A stretch of DNA of 64,000 nt. Source: Cycas panzhihuaensis. Taxonomy: Eukaryota; Plantae; Cycadophyta. A model generated the notes under the pieces. The model saw nothing but the letters and a program-made list of their open reading frames with translations, was not told where the DNA came from and made no database searches. This document shows positions 36,921 to 49,419 of the stretch, in pieces. Made by a program: the position numbers and the translations under genes. Location of the stretch: contig CM041465.1 in NCBI GenBank assembly GCA_023213395.1, positions 197,353,741 to 197,417,740 on the forward strand. Direction: 5' to 3'. Position 1 is the stretch's first letter. Each line of letters starts with the position of its first letter.

Positions 36921-39900
36921 TGTTGGGTGTATTACTTAATTCCATTAACCCTATATAAACTCTCTCTATTTCTTATATTTTATATTAGAGATGTAGGCCA
37001 CCTTGATATGTGTGCCACCTCTAAGTAGTCCAATGGGGTTCTCTCACTAGTGGTGATCTTGTACTATAAGTATATACTATTCTTTGTTCACAATTGAGTT
37101 TTGGCCAATTCTCTAACATGGTATCCATTTTGTACATGCTTTATCTTTTTGTTACTCACCATTAGGGTTTGATATGATTGTTACATTCTTAATTCTAACA
37201 TGTTATTAGAGCCTAAGGTTTAATCCCTAGAGGCATTTCTTGAAAACCCTAGTATATGTTATCCTTGTTTTTGAGCTTTCAAGCTTTGTAAAATTTTTAA
37301 TGTACTTGTTCGGTGACTTTGTCAAGATGAAGATCATTTCAAGTTAGATCTGATGCATATTTTATTATGGGACTGTTATCAAGTTTTGAAGGGCTATTTT
37401 GATGTTGATGAGAGGCTATTGTCAAGCCCATTTTGAAGTTTTATAGTTGTTTGAAGCCTGTTGATGTTGGTCAAATGGACATCTTCTCCACATGTGGTAC
37501 CACAATAAATTTGCATGTAGGTGAAAGTCCACAAAAACTCATGTTTAGATTCCAATTACTGGAAAATAATCTCTGTTGCATGTTAGTGGACAAGAATGTA
37601 ACCAAGATCGTTGACAGTAGTTGAGAGAGTCCTTCTTGGCTAGGAGCGACTTTATTTCAAAATTATTTGCAGATCTATAGGTGGATAAAGGTCATGTTAT
37701 TTTTCTATTGATATGTATTCTCTTTATGTGAAAAATATTCAAAAAATTCTATATTCTAGCCTATGTTCCTATGTAGTTTTTTCAAAAAAAAAGAGGAAAA
37801 GGGGTCTGCCAAATTTATTTGTTGGTGAGCTACCAATGGCAGATCTGTAGAGGGGTCTGTATTTTTGCACTTGTATTTCTATGTATGTAATTGAGCAGAC
37901 TTGTAAAAGGATCCTTCGCATAACCAGAAGTATGAAAGGGATTTAATGAGATGGAAAAAGAATGTAGAAGAGCCATGTGGTTTTGTTGATAGCTTTTATG
38001 CACTGCACCTCTCTCATAGATGTTATAGATGTCATTCTATAATGTCATTTTTGCAACAACATATACTTCACAACTAGTGGTTTGGACAAGAGCAAAGAAA
38101 GAGGTATCTTCTGTCACTCGTTTCCCAATTGGAAATATTAGTAGAATGCACCACATGTAGGAGCCATCATAGACTGAGCTCTATTAGTAGGAAAGGTTGT
38201 AAACCCTTTTTCTAGTGAGACATCGATGCCTAAAGACCTTATCATATGGAAGGGTTTTTGTGATGGGCTTACTTAGACTAGGAAAATGTGGGTATTGTAA
38301 AAAAAAAGAGAAAAAATGTAAAGCTTGTAGAGGCCAGCTTGCACAACCTTGCTCCTTGCTATGGTGAATGGCTTGTAAGTGTTTTATTTACCCGATGCTC
38401 CTATTACAATGGTGAATCTCGTTAACTAGTCTCGTGTGCACCTGGCCTAACCTCTAGATGACCAACCATCACATGAACAGTTAGGCTATTTTGATGTTGA
38501 ATTTGAGTCTAACCATGGAGCATATGATTCACACAAATAAGGGCATAACCATTTTAGCCGACATCAGCTAATTCCCTTTGATGACAGGGCCTCACAGAGA
38601 CCAATTGTACATAAATGGAGGAAGGCGACATCTCTTTACGTCAATGGCGAACACTTGTATTTCAATAATGGTGACTCTCTGAACATTGGCGAGACCTGCA
38701 CTCCAATGAAGAATACCTATAAACACTCTCTCCAATAGTAGTGACAACCTGTAGTCACTCTCTCCAATGGTGAATAAACGGGCCCCCACAAAGAGATAAA
38801 ACCTACATTGGTATACATTCCATGGCATCTCTCTATAACTCCATCTTCAACCTGTAACAAAGTCCATTCATGGAAGTGGCTCTAACTAACTCTCACAAAT
38901 TATTTTGGCAAAACCCTAACTCTTTAGGGTTAATAATATCTTTTGATAATTTTTTGGCATATTTCTTTCATTCAATGGCATGCGCGAATCATTATTAAAA
39001 GGGTTTATATATTTTTTTTTATTTGAAAAAAAAAAAAAAATGTATTATATATTGTTTCAAGTTTACCCAACCCTCTTAGCTATTAGCATCAGGTCTCATG
39101 GAGCTCTCAGATGACCAGTCACTAGCTTATGGAGGGGCTAATTCCCATTTTCATCCTTTTTTAGAGTATCTGTCATATCTTTTGCTATATCTTGAGATTG
39201 GGAGGTCTGATTTTAGTCCTATCTATTGAGTTGGATTCATAACAGAGAGACCTTTAATTTAGAAGGTCATTTAACATATTTTAGAGCTATTTTTATGCAT
39301 ATTTTTTAATTCGAAGTCATAAGTTACTATTTATCTTTATTTTTTCTCAACTTCTATAGGTACATATTACATTTTCAAGGCTTCCTGATATAACATACCC
39401 TAAATGAGGGGGATAACATGTACCATGGACTTATTTTTAGCTCTTGAAGAACCCATTATGATCATATTGTACTTTATTTATGAGAGAGAGTCATATGTGC
39501 TACTCAAGTCACATATCATTTTCAGTTATGTAAAAACATTTAATGATAGTCATTTTGCCCATGGTGGCAAGTTGTTAGCCTAATGAGGCATCTTTTAGCC
39601 CATGTTGCATGTTTAAGGCCATAGTGCCATTATATTTCTGGCCATTAGATGTCGAAGAAGTGCTAGTCCTATTGAGTAAGAGGTAGGACACACTTTTAGA
39701 AGCTACTCTTGCTTACCATGTGCTATACGCCATGTGTTATATATATATATATTTTGCTTGTACTCGCATATGAGTAAGGGGTGGGACCTTATTCAACTAC
39801 TCTTACCATCTCCTAAATGATCCACATATACAAAGGAAGTTCCTACCTAATTGGTGGTTGTAGCGGCTAATGACCCATGCATTCTGGTAGATGGACTCCA

Positions 39901-40303
39901 CTTCATATGGACTTCGGCAGTTTTTTATTTTGTGCAGCAGCATTTGTGATCCAACAAACTTATGGAGACTCGAGCTTATCATTGATGTGGCAATATTTAT
40001 GTAATTGACTATTACAGGGGGGAATGTTGGGTGTAATATTTAATTCTATTAACCCTATGTAAACTCTCTCCATTTCTTATATTTTATATTAGAGTTATGG
40101 GCCACCTTGATATGTATGCCACCTCTAAGTAGTCTAATAGTGTTCTCTCACTAGTGGTGAGCTTATACTATAAGTATATACTATTCTTTGTTTATAATTG
40201 AGTTTTGGTCAATTCTCTAATATGGTGTCCATTTTGTACATACTTCATCTTTTGTTACTCACCATTAGGGTTTGATATGATTGTTATATTCCTAATTCTA
40301 ACA
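36921..40303 (+). mobile_element. Structurally complete non-autonomous LTR element (3383 bp, Copia-like); LTRs 36921-37200 and 40025-40303
   Basis: 280/279-bp LTRs TGTTGG...CTAACA that align throughout. PBS tgttattagagcc at 37201. PPT aggggggaa at 40016-40024. TSD aaatc/aaatt. No convincing long ORF. Confidence 0.92.
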
Positions 40304-40996
40304 AAATTAACTATATTTTATAATTTTGGTTTTAAAGATAATTAGTTAAATTTGATAATTTTTGAGATCTGTATCCCTCTTTCCGCTAAAAAACAGTCAC
40401 ATGGTGTGATTTGGTGGCCAAGGGTTAGCCTGTTAAAGGGGCTTAAGGAACCCTTCTTTCATTTTTCAGCCATAAAGAGCTATCCTTATATTTTCTGCAA
40501 TAACTTTTGATTTAGGAGTTTGTTTTTTGAATGGTTTGAATTATTGGAAAGCTGATCTAGAGCTCTTCAATTTAGAATTAGTTTAGAACTAATTTGAAGC
40601 TTTTTGGTAGGGCTTTTAAGCTATTGAAGTTAACCTACTTAATTGGTCCTTGTTTGAGTATCTTTCAAAAATTTTAAAGTTATTTTTTAAATTTTTTTCA
40701 AGAATATTAATGGTATATCATTGTACTAATAATCATTAGTAATTTTTAGTTCATTATTCAGATCATAATTGTTTTATGCTTGATTTTATATAGATTTTCT
40801 CTTTAAAGAGAAGTAAATAATATTGAGTCAGCCTTTTACAAACAAGAGGACCCTAAACCCTTTTACCACTTAGTGTCAATTAACTTAATTTCATTTAGTG
40901 TTAATTAACTTAATTTCATTTCATTCTAATTCATTTTATTTCATTTACTTATAAGTTTTCTTTAATTTTTTAGGTAAAATAAACCTTATTTGTAAA

Positions 40997-43900
40997 TATT
41001 AGGAAACATAACTAAAGCAAACAAGGTCGATAAGATCTTTCACATTAGGTAGATATCAAGTAGAAACAGATCACATGGGATATTAGATTGCCATGGGAAA
41101 CCCTTACAGATGAAAACTCACAAATAATATTAATCACATATTGACAAAATGATGTTATTACTAATGATGGACTTTGATCTATATTTATAGATCTAAAATG
41201 CCATAATATCACTATATATTTACATCTGTTGGCTCACCACTTAAGAATATTTTCTATATAATTAGGCACATAAATAGGAAAGCCCATTTTATATTAGTCA
41301 GTATGTACACAATTTTCAACATCCCCTCTTAATGTAAATGTGGGGTAACAAGGTTTATAATTGGGAATAGATCCCCTCTCAAGGATAACCTTACCTAACC
41401 TAATATGCATGAATGTCGATATAGCGATCTTTAGTTTGAGCTTCTACAAGTTAATCTCTACTTGGACAATCTTCCACCTGCATCTTCCATGATATGATCT
41501 TCACTCAGATGTAATGGTATTATACCTCGTATGTACTTAATTCTTTAGATGTAACTCCAAATGTTTTACAACCATACAACTCTCTCTACACCCTATACTT
41601 TGTCCATTCAACTCAGCCATATTCCTTTGACTGAACTAAGAGGTTGAGCCACTTGAGCCATGTGAATCTTCTTTTCAAGTTTTCATTAAGGAACAATGAT
41701 ATATAATTCATTTGATATGATACCTAACTATTTGAAGTTACTAAAGTAAGGATCAAACAAACCAAAAATAACATAGAGATAGGTGCAAATTGTCTCCTCA
41801 TATCTTAATACTTCTTTTATTAGAAATCTTACGTATTAAGTCTTCTAACTTGTAAATTGACCAGGTTCTTTTCTTTAATACAACTCTCCATTATGAATCA
41901 ACACTCTATAGAATGATGGTATCTATCTTAAGCTTTGACTGCCATGCTAATCCTTGATCTTCCATCATCCTATAGGTCTTCAACTATTAATGGAACATGG
42001 GGTTACAATCCATGTCTCATCATCTAATAACTCCTTATCATCAATGTTTACTAGGTCCTACTTCTGTCTTAAGTATAATGTTAGGCAAATAAACCTCTAC
42101 ATCTGCTGAATAATGACTTAGAAAAGTGAAGCAAGGAAGGATAAAACCTATAACCAGATGACACTTAGCATGATATATTATAAACTCATCAACTGAATAT
42201 CTAGACTGATCATAATGCATTCCCCTACAGATCACACTGTTTGTAAGCTAAAAAACCTATATGCTCCAAACTCTTGCAATCCTACTGTTGCAATCTTTTT
42301 CTAAGATGTGTGCACTCTAATACATCAAAGGAATAAATAGAAGGCTTCTAACTTAGTCCAAATACAACACATGAGGGGAAAATATGTTGAACAATCACAA
42401 CAAGGGTACCCATATATGTCCGCTACAGTTTCTACCACAAAAAACATGAGGCAGACCAAAACATGCACCAACCTCACCATCTGCATTATGATACACACCT
42501 GAAATGCAACCATATGGGACAACTATCTATACTATGACAAAGGCATAACTGATTTTAAGGCATCTCATCTTAGGCTTTTCTATTCAAACTTCAAATTTTA
42601 TTAATCACACTATCTTGGTTCTACATCAAACTTATTTAGATATGCACCTATGTTGAATCAACATTAAAAATAGGTTACAAACCTCATGCTATCATCAATC
42701 CAACTAGCAAAGTATAACGATCCATCATCAATGACAACCACTCACACAAGCAAATTCTAAACTTCATCACCTCATACACATCTGATGCAACTAAACTCAA
42801 ATATAACTGAATAAACCACACATTTTCTTAATAAATCACATGAATATCATGTAATGATCTATGCCATACTCAAACAATAATAGAGTTTGCATTATATACA
42901 ACTAATGTATCTTAAACAAACTCGCCCTTCTTCACCCATTCTCACCTAATCTTTCTCTTAAACACACCCTTTCACTCGCCCTCAAACATGCACAATCTTG
43001 CCATGTAACTGACATGCAATAAGTACCTCAACCTCATGTCGCCATCTCTCTCTTACCCTATCATACCCTTAAACTCATCCAATTAACTTACCATGTAACT
43101 CACATACAACAAGTGCCTTATCTTACCCTTCAATAGTTGCCTCTTCACCCAACTTACCCTCCCATGTAAAGCACATGCAAGGGAGCTTAGTATCACCCTT
43201 TTAATGCTCTTATGCAATCTGATATAAGAGCATAATACAATGTCTCAAAGTCACTTAAATAGTCACCAGTGTAGTGCTTAAGAGAACACTTACTTTGCCT
43301 TCAAACATCATCATATTTATGCCATTAAAGATAAACCATATTACACAATGACTTTAAATGGTATAATATATTGATGCAAGGCAAAAGATATAATGAAAAA
43401 GTGAGCAACTTCATTAAATCGTATAACTTTGAAATGTATCAAAGTAATATGTCAATCAAATAAGCCTTTGTATTAAATAAATATGAATACGAATCAAATA
43501 GGTGGCTTGAATTAAAAAACGTATGGATAAAAAAGGGTGTCTTTACTAACACTGAAATATATCGATATATTCATGGGTAACCTAAATTAATCAACCACCT
43601 ACAAATTAATGATCTACAACAAATATATGGTGATACTACAAAATAAAGTAGGCAATATATCTACAAATTGATGATGTAGAATATTCACGACTAAATCAAA
43701 ATCACTGTGAGATTGCATGATATACATCATAGGGCCATCATACAGAGAAAAAATGATGAACTAATAATAATCCATGGGTTTCAACTATATGGGTGATATC
43801 ATTTAGTGATTATCATTTACAGATGTAGATTATATCGAAACCTGGATGAATTTAATCAAATATAAACACACAAAGATGCCAAAAAAATAGCTAGATGACA

Positions 43901-45459
43901 AAATGTTCAACACACAAATGATTAAATCATATGTAATAGGCATTGCTTTTATGCGACTGATCAAAGAATTCATCTGGGTAATATTCGATTAAACACATCA
44001 AAGCAAGCGATTAATAATCATCATATGGATAGTATGAGGTGGCTCTATTATCACACAATTAGGGGAGAGAGTATACAACCAACTAAATATCATCAAATGC
44101 AGGCTTCAACATATCACTATGACATTAGATATAGTATTCAATGGTTGTAATAATGTAATCATCACCTAATATAGTATGACTGCCATTTTATTTCATAGAT
44201 GAGATGACTTACAATCACAGGGATAACATATATTCAAAAATATATTTATTCAAACCCTAAATTTATCAAAGGGTGATTAAAATACATTTTAACAAGGTAT
44301 AACTTTAAATATATTACCGTATTAATAATATATAAGCTCTATAACTCTCTAGGAGAATGCCACACTAGCAACCGACACTACAACTACTTCTTCAAGGTAC
44401 CAGGGGGCTTCAAATATTTACTCCACGGATGGCAATGCTCTCTATGTTACTGCAAACTCAGTGGAATTACCAAATAGGGATCTAAAACCTTCAACAGGCT
44501 CAAACGAGGCTCAAATGGCTAGCAATAGAGTCACATGCTCATCCACACATGTCCATAGAGCTCAAAATACCTGCAAATAAGGACAAAAGGCTTTCAAGAT
44601 AAGGATAACATATATTCAAAAATATATTTATTCAAACACTAAAGTTTATCAAAGGGTGATTAAAATGCATTTTAACAAGGCACACCTTTAAATATATTAC
44701 CGTATTAATGATATATAAGCTCTGCGACTCTCTAGGAGGATGCCACACTAGCAATTGACACTGCAACTACTTCTTCAAGGCACTGGGAGGCTTTATATAT
44801 TTATTCTATGGATGGTAATGCTCTCTATGCTGTTGCAAACTCAGTGGCATCACCAAATGGGGATCCAACACCTTTAACAGGCTCAGACAAGGCTTAAATG
44901 GCTAGTAACAGAGTCACACACTCATCCACACATGTCCATAGAGCTTAGAATACCTGCAAATAAGGACAAAAGGCTTCCGGGATCCTCTAATGATCATGTG
45001 TAGCTTTGTGGCTGTTCTATAGGGTCCTCAGACATACCAATCCACTTAGGGAAAAATAGCATGACTTGGCACCACTGATTGGACCATCCACTAATGATCC
45101 TCTACTTATGCATGGCCTATAAGCTTTGATACCATGTTGGGAAATACAAGTAAATCAAACAAGGTTGACAAGATCTTTCATATTAGGCAAATATCAAGTA
45201 GAAATAGATCATATAGGATACCAGATTACTGTGGGAAACCCTTATAGGTAAAAACCCACAAATAGTATTAATCACATATTGATAAAATGATGTTTTTATA
45301 AAGGATGGACTTTGATCTATATTTATAGATCTAAAGTGCCATAATATCATCATATATTTACATCCATTAGCTCACCACTCAAGAATATTCTCCACATAAT
45401 TAGGCACATAAATAGGGAGGCCTACTTTACATTAGTTAGTATGTAAATATATTCCAACA
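40997..45459 (-). mobile_element. Structurally complete, internally deleted Copia element (4463 bp); LTRs 40997-41321 and 45135-45459
   Basis: Two 325-bp LTRs. Perfect TSD GTAAA (40992-40996, 45460-45464). Reverse-complement PBS gctttgatacca at 45123-45134. PPT at 41322-41331. Minus-strand integrase relics (LSLVASDVY, VVIDDGS ~42720-42800) and RNase H relic (YHYI..EDCPSRD.L.E..TK ~41430-41520). Confidence 0.92.
44221..44983. repeat. Tandem duplication of a ~382-bp unit inside the Copia element
   Basis: 44221-44602 and 44603-44983 both run ggataacatatattcaaaaatatattt ... aaataaggacaaaaggctt. Confidence 0.93.
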
Positions 45460-46022
45460 GTAAAGAAGACTATAATTAAAATTAATATTTACACATTAAC
45501 AAGATAACTGTAGAATTAACCACCATAATTTCCAGCCTTACAAGAGGAATAATTAGGACCTCTAAAGTTATCACCGTGTATATGCCTTTGGTGTATTCTA
45601 AGTTGTTGAGGAAACCATTATCTATCAGGTGTATTAGGTGGTAGGTTGAGGTGGAGAACTATTTTCCTTTTGAAGTTTAGAGACCAGGCTAGGCTCGAAG
45701 GGGTTGAGTGCCTTTGTTGATTAAGCTATTAACATTAAATCTGTTGTAAGGCATAAGACTAGTGCAGGTGGATCAGTAAATCAAGGGGGTCTTTGACCTT
45801 CTTTGTAGCCCACATATTGAGCCTTGATCTCACATACTAATATATTAGGTCTTTATTTTATTACTTTACCACTTGTAGGTAGGCACTATTAGAAAGGATA
45901 ACAATTGAGAGCTTTCCTTGGAGACCCTAAGATATAGAACTCTAGATTAGAAACCTCTTAGGTAGATAAGACATAAATAAATTTAAATCTTTTGGGGTAA
46001 ACTAAAATATAGTTGAGTTACA

Positions 46023-46750
46023 ATGGTAACAACCCTTAGAAACATGATTATACCCAAATTTTATAGAACCAATTTCCTAAATTAGAGTAAGATGAAGAAA
46101 CCTATTTTCATAGCCAAAGATATATGGAAATTTATTAAACTTAGAGAAAATACTACTTTGGATAATAAAATAGTTTATAGAGAATGTGTTAAAAAGGATA
46201 ATGAAGACTTAAATCTTATTTTCTATACTCTAAAAGACCATATATTTCCTAGAGTAAGCAAAGCCACTACATCAAAAGAAGCTTGGGACACTCTAAAGCT
46301 GATTTATAAAGGAGCTGCATCAACTAAACTTCACCCTTAGATGTAAGTTTAAGAATTTAAAGATGTCTCTAAGAGAGAGTGTTAATAAATTCATTACCAA
46401 AGTCCAAGACCTAGTCAACCTGATAAGATCCCTTGGAGAAGTATTAACCGAATAAAGGGTTGTAGAGAGAATATTGAGATATGTTAGAGAAGTTAAATGA
46501 TTTGAAATAGTGACTACAAGTATTAAAGTTTTAAAGGACCTAAGTACCCTCAAGATTAAGCAATTGAGTGCCATACTCCTTGATGTAGAAGAGAATAAAG
46601 GAGGACAAGAAACCTTAGAATATGTCTTTACTATAAAGGTAAGAATCAAGTAAAGTACATGAGGACAAAGTTCTAGGGGAGGGATCCATTCCTTAGAAGA
46701 GAAGAAAAGAGCCAAAGGTCATATCAATAATCAAATCATAGGAACCAAAG
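46023..46750 (+). pseudogene. Copia gag (UBN2-type) fragment
   Basis: MIIPKFYRTNFLN*SKMKKPIFIAKDIW...KKDNEDLNLI...IFPRVSKATTSKEAWDTLKLIYKG...ESVNKFITKVQDLVNLIRSLGE is typical Ale/Ivana-like gag. Internal stops. Confidence 0.85.
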
Positions 46751-46976
46751 GACATACTAAGAATCCACTCCTAGATATTAAGAATTAAGACAATAATATT
46801 AAAAACCTCCTCAAAGTTACTAACCACCAAATCTAAGGTACCAAGGGAGGAATAACTTTTATAATCAAGGTAGAATATAAGAACAAAATTATTCTTACCA
46901 TGGACATAATCATTATCAAGAATAAGAGAGTTATTTAGGTCCAAATTAATGTTTTCAAGGATCAAATCATATGGGT

Positions 46977-49419
46977 TGTCAAGTGATAGATGTTAATGCA
47001 TCGAGGTCATTAGATTAATTATATGATGGTGACTTTGAGTTATCTAGGTCAAATAATTAAATATAATTTTATTTATATTTAAGTGCAATTTTAGGATCAT
47101 GTCATTAGGTGGAAAACACCTTTAGAAACCCTAATGCACATCCTCTAGTATATAAGGCTGAATGTGAAAGGGAGAGTCATAATTTTCATCTCTCATTTTT
47201 GCTCTCAATCTTATTCTCTTTATTTTACTCTTATTATTTGGTGTTGCTTTAGTATAATAGAGTGTGATAACTAGATCCTTCACCCAACAACTAGTATCAG
47301 AGACATTATTGACCATATTTCTCCAATAGGTTTGCATAAAGCCATTAATACCTCTAATTCATAATTCATGTGAGCTTGAGAGCTTATTTGATGACTTTAT
47401 TTTGTATTAGAGAGCTTAAAACTATATTAATTTATATGTTACTGTATTTTTTATGTATGCAAAATTTTAAAAGTAAAAAAAATAAAATTTTGAAGCTATT
47501 TAGTTGCTAAAACAATCTTGGAAGCATTGAAGGCCTAAAATTTTATTAAAATTTTTACCATATTAGATTTTGATAAAATTTGATGTGTAGGGTTACCTTG
47601 CTAAGAGGATCATTTTTTTCTCTTAAAGTAACTTCAGATTTAGCCTATAACATCTAGTTTTGGCCAATTTTTTATTTTTATTTTTATGGATACTAAATCT
47701 ACATACTCAAGTATTGTGAGGACATTTTGAGTAGCTTTTGGGCCGTTTTTGGAAATGTTATAGAAGGAAAAGTTGATGTTCATATCAAGATGAAGCTTTT
47801 GACATATTAAAGCTTGGATTTGAGATAGTGAATCTAATAAGATTATACTTCTATGCTTTTTTAGGGTAAATTTTTTTTATATCTTTTCAAAAATATGACT
47901 TCACTATCTCATCAGAAACGACATTCTAAATACATTTTTCTTTTATCATAAATTTAAATTCCATCATTTAGGCCTCTATATTTAGAATTTTTAGAAAATT
48001 TTGTCCATTTATTATTTTTTATAACTTTTATAAGCAAAAAATAAAATTAAAAGATATGACAAAATTGCATGCATTTAGATTTAGAAAAATCAGCATTTTA
48101 ACAGTAATTTGATCTACGTTTTGGCCTTTTATGGCTTTTGTATTAAAATTTCTAAAAATATATTTAGAAATATTGTACTAAAGCAAGAGAAACCTTAGAT
48201 CAGAAGTAATATTCAGTTCCTCTACTAAATCTAGTGTGCTCTTTCTATTTCTACACATAGCATAAAGCAAAACATAAAATAATAACAACAACAAAGCAAG
48301 CATAGAAGGTAAGCAAACATATTTGGTATCTTTCTATTTTAGTTTTCAATTTACGTTATTTAGAAACAACTTATATTATTTTCTAAAAGAAATCTCATCC
48401 ATACGACTTATACTGCTAATTCTTGACTTATGTTCAGAATCGCTTTGGTTGAAATAGACCATAGTTGGTCAAAGTTTAGGCCCTAAGAGAGGTGTGAGTT
48501 TCATATTAAGTCTAGTCTTAACCAAAATAGTGGTAGAGAGATAGGTTAACCATACCTACAACCTCTAATTAGGGATAATCCTGATAACCACCCATGAAAA
48601 CTAAAAACTTTAATCAAAATTAAAATATAACTGATCCAATACTTGTCATAGCTATAGGATACACATGTATTGTTTAACTCTTTAGAGGAGGTATATAGTT
48701 GGTCATAAGTGAACTAGGTAAGGATTTGGAGTATTTGAGCTCCATTGTGACTTAGATTTTATCATTAATCATAAGTGTAGGTATCAGAGGTGAAGGCCCT
48801 AATATATATACTAGAAGCCCCCTTAGGTATTGACACCTTAACTACTTTGGACTTGAGATAGAGATTTAGGTTTGATCACATATCCTACATCAAGCTTAGT
48901 TTTTTAGCTGTGTATACCCACATGTTGGCTTCTACATGGGTATAATCTTAATTTTATAATCACATGATACATCTTTTATTTTTATGATCTTTATATGGCC
49001 ATTTGTACACATCATCAAACCTTATTGTGTTAAGAGTATTTCCCATAAGTATTGGTGGCCTATTACAATTGCTTACTACTTAATCATATTTCTCCCTATT
49101 GTGCTAGGTATATCTCTTTTACTTCATCATCTTTACCATGTCTTTTCAATTCAAGTAGAATGTAAATTGCATCTCAAAAGAGAGATAATTGGGATCTATA
49201 GTATACTGGAGTCAAGAATACTGCTAAGTATGAAGGCCTTTGGAAAGTCTATTTGCAGCTTATACCTATCATTCTTGTAATAGCAATAACACTTATCTCT
49301 AGAGGAACACCACCTGTAACTCTAGTAGATATTGCATCTAAATTATAATGGGAAATTGATGATGAGAAGATTCGTGTTGGCATTCTATTAGTGACTGATC
49401 ACTCCTTACACAATCTAAT
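46977..49419 (+). mobile_element. Disrupted LTR element: LTR ending ccaaca at 47289, PBS, long non-coding leader
   Basis: TATA-like ctagtatataagg at ~47145. PBS tagtatcagaga at 47292-47303. Both boundaries approximate. Confidence 0.45.
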
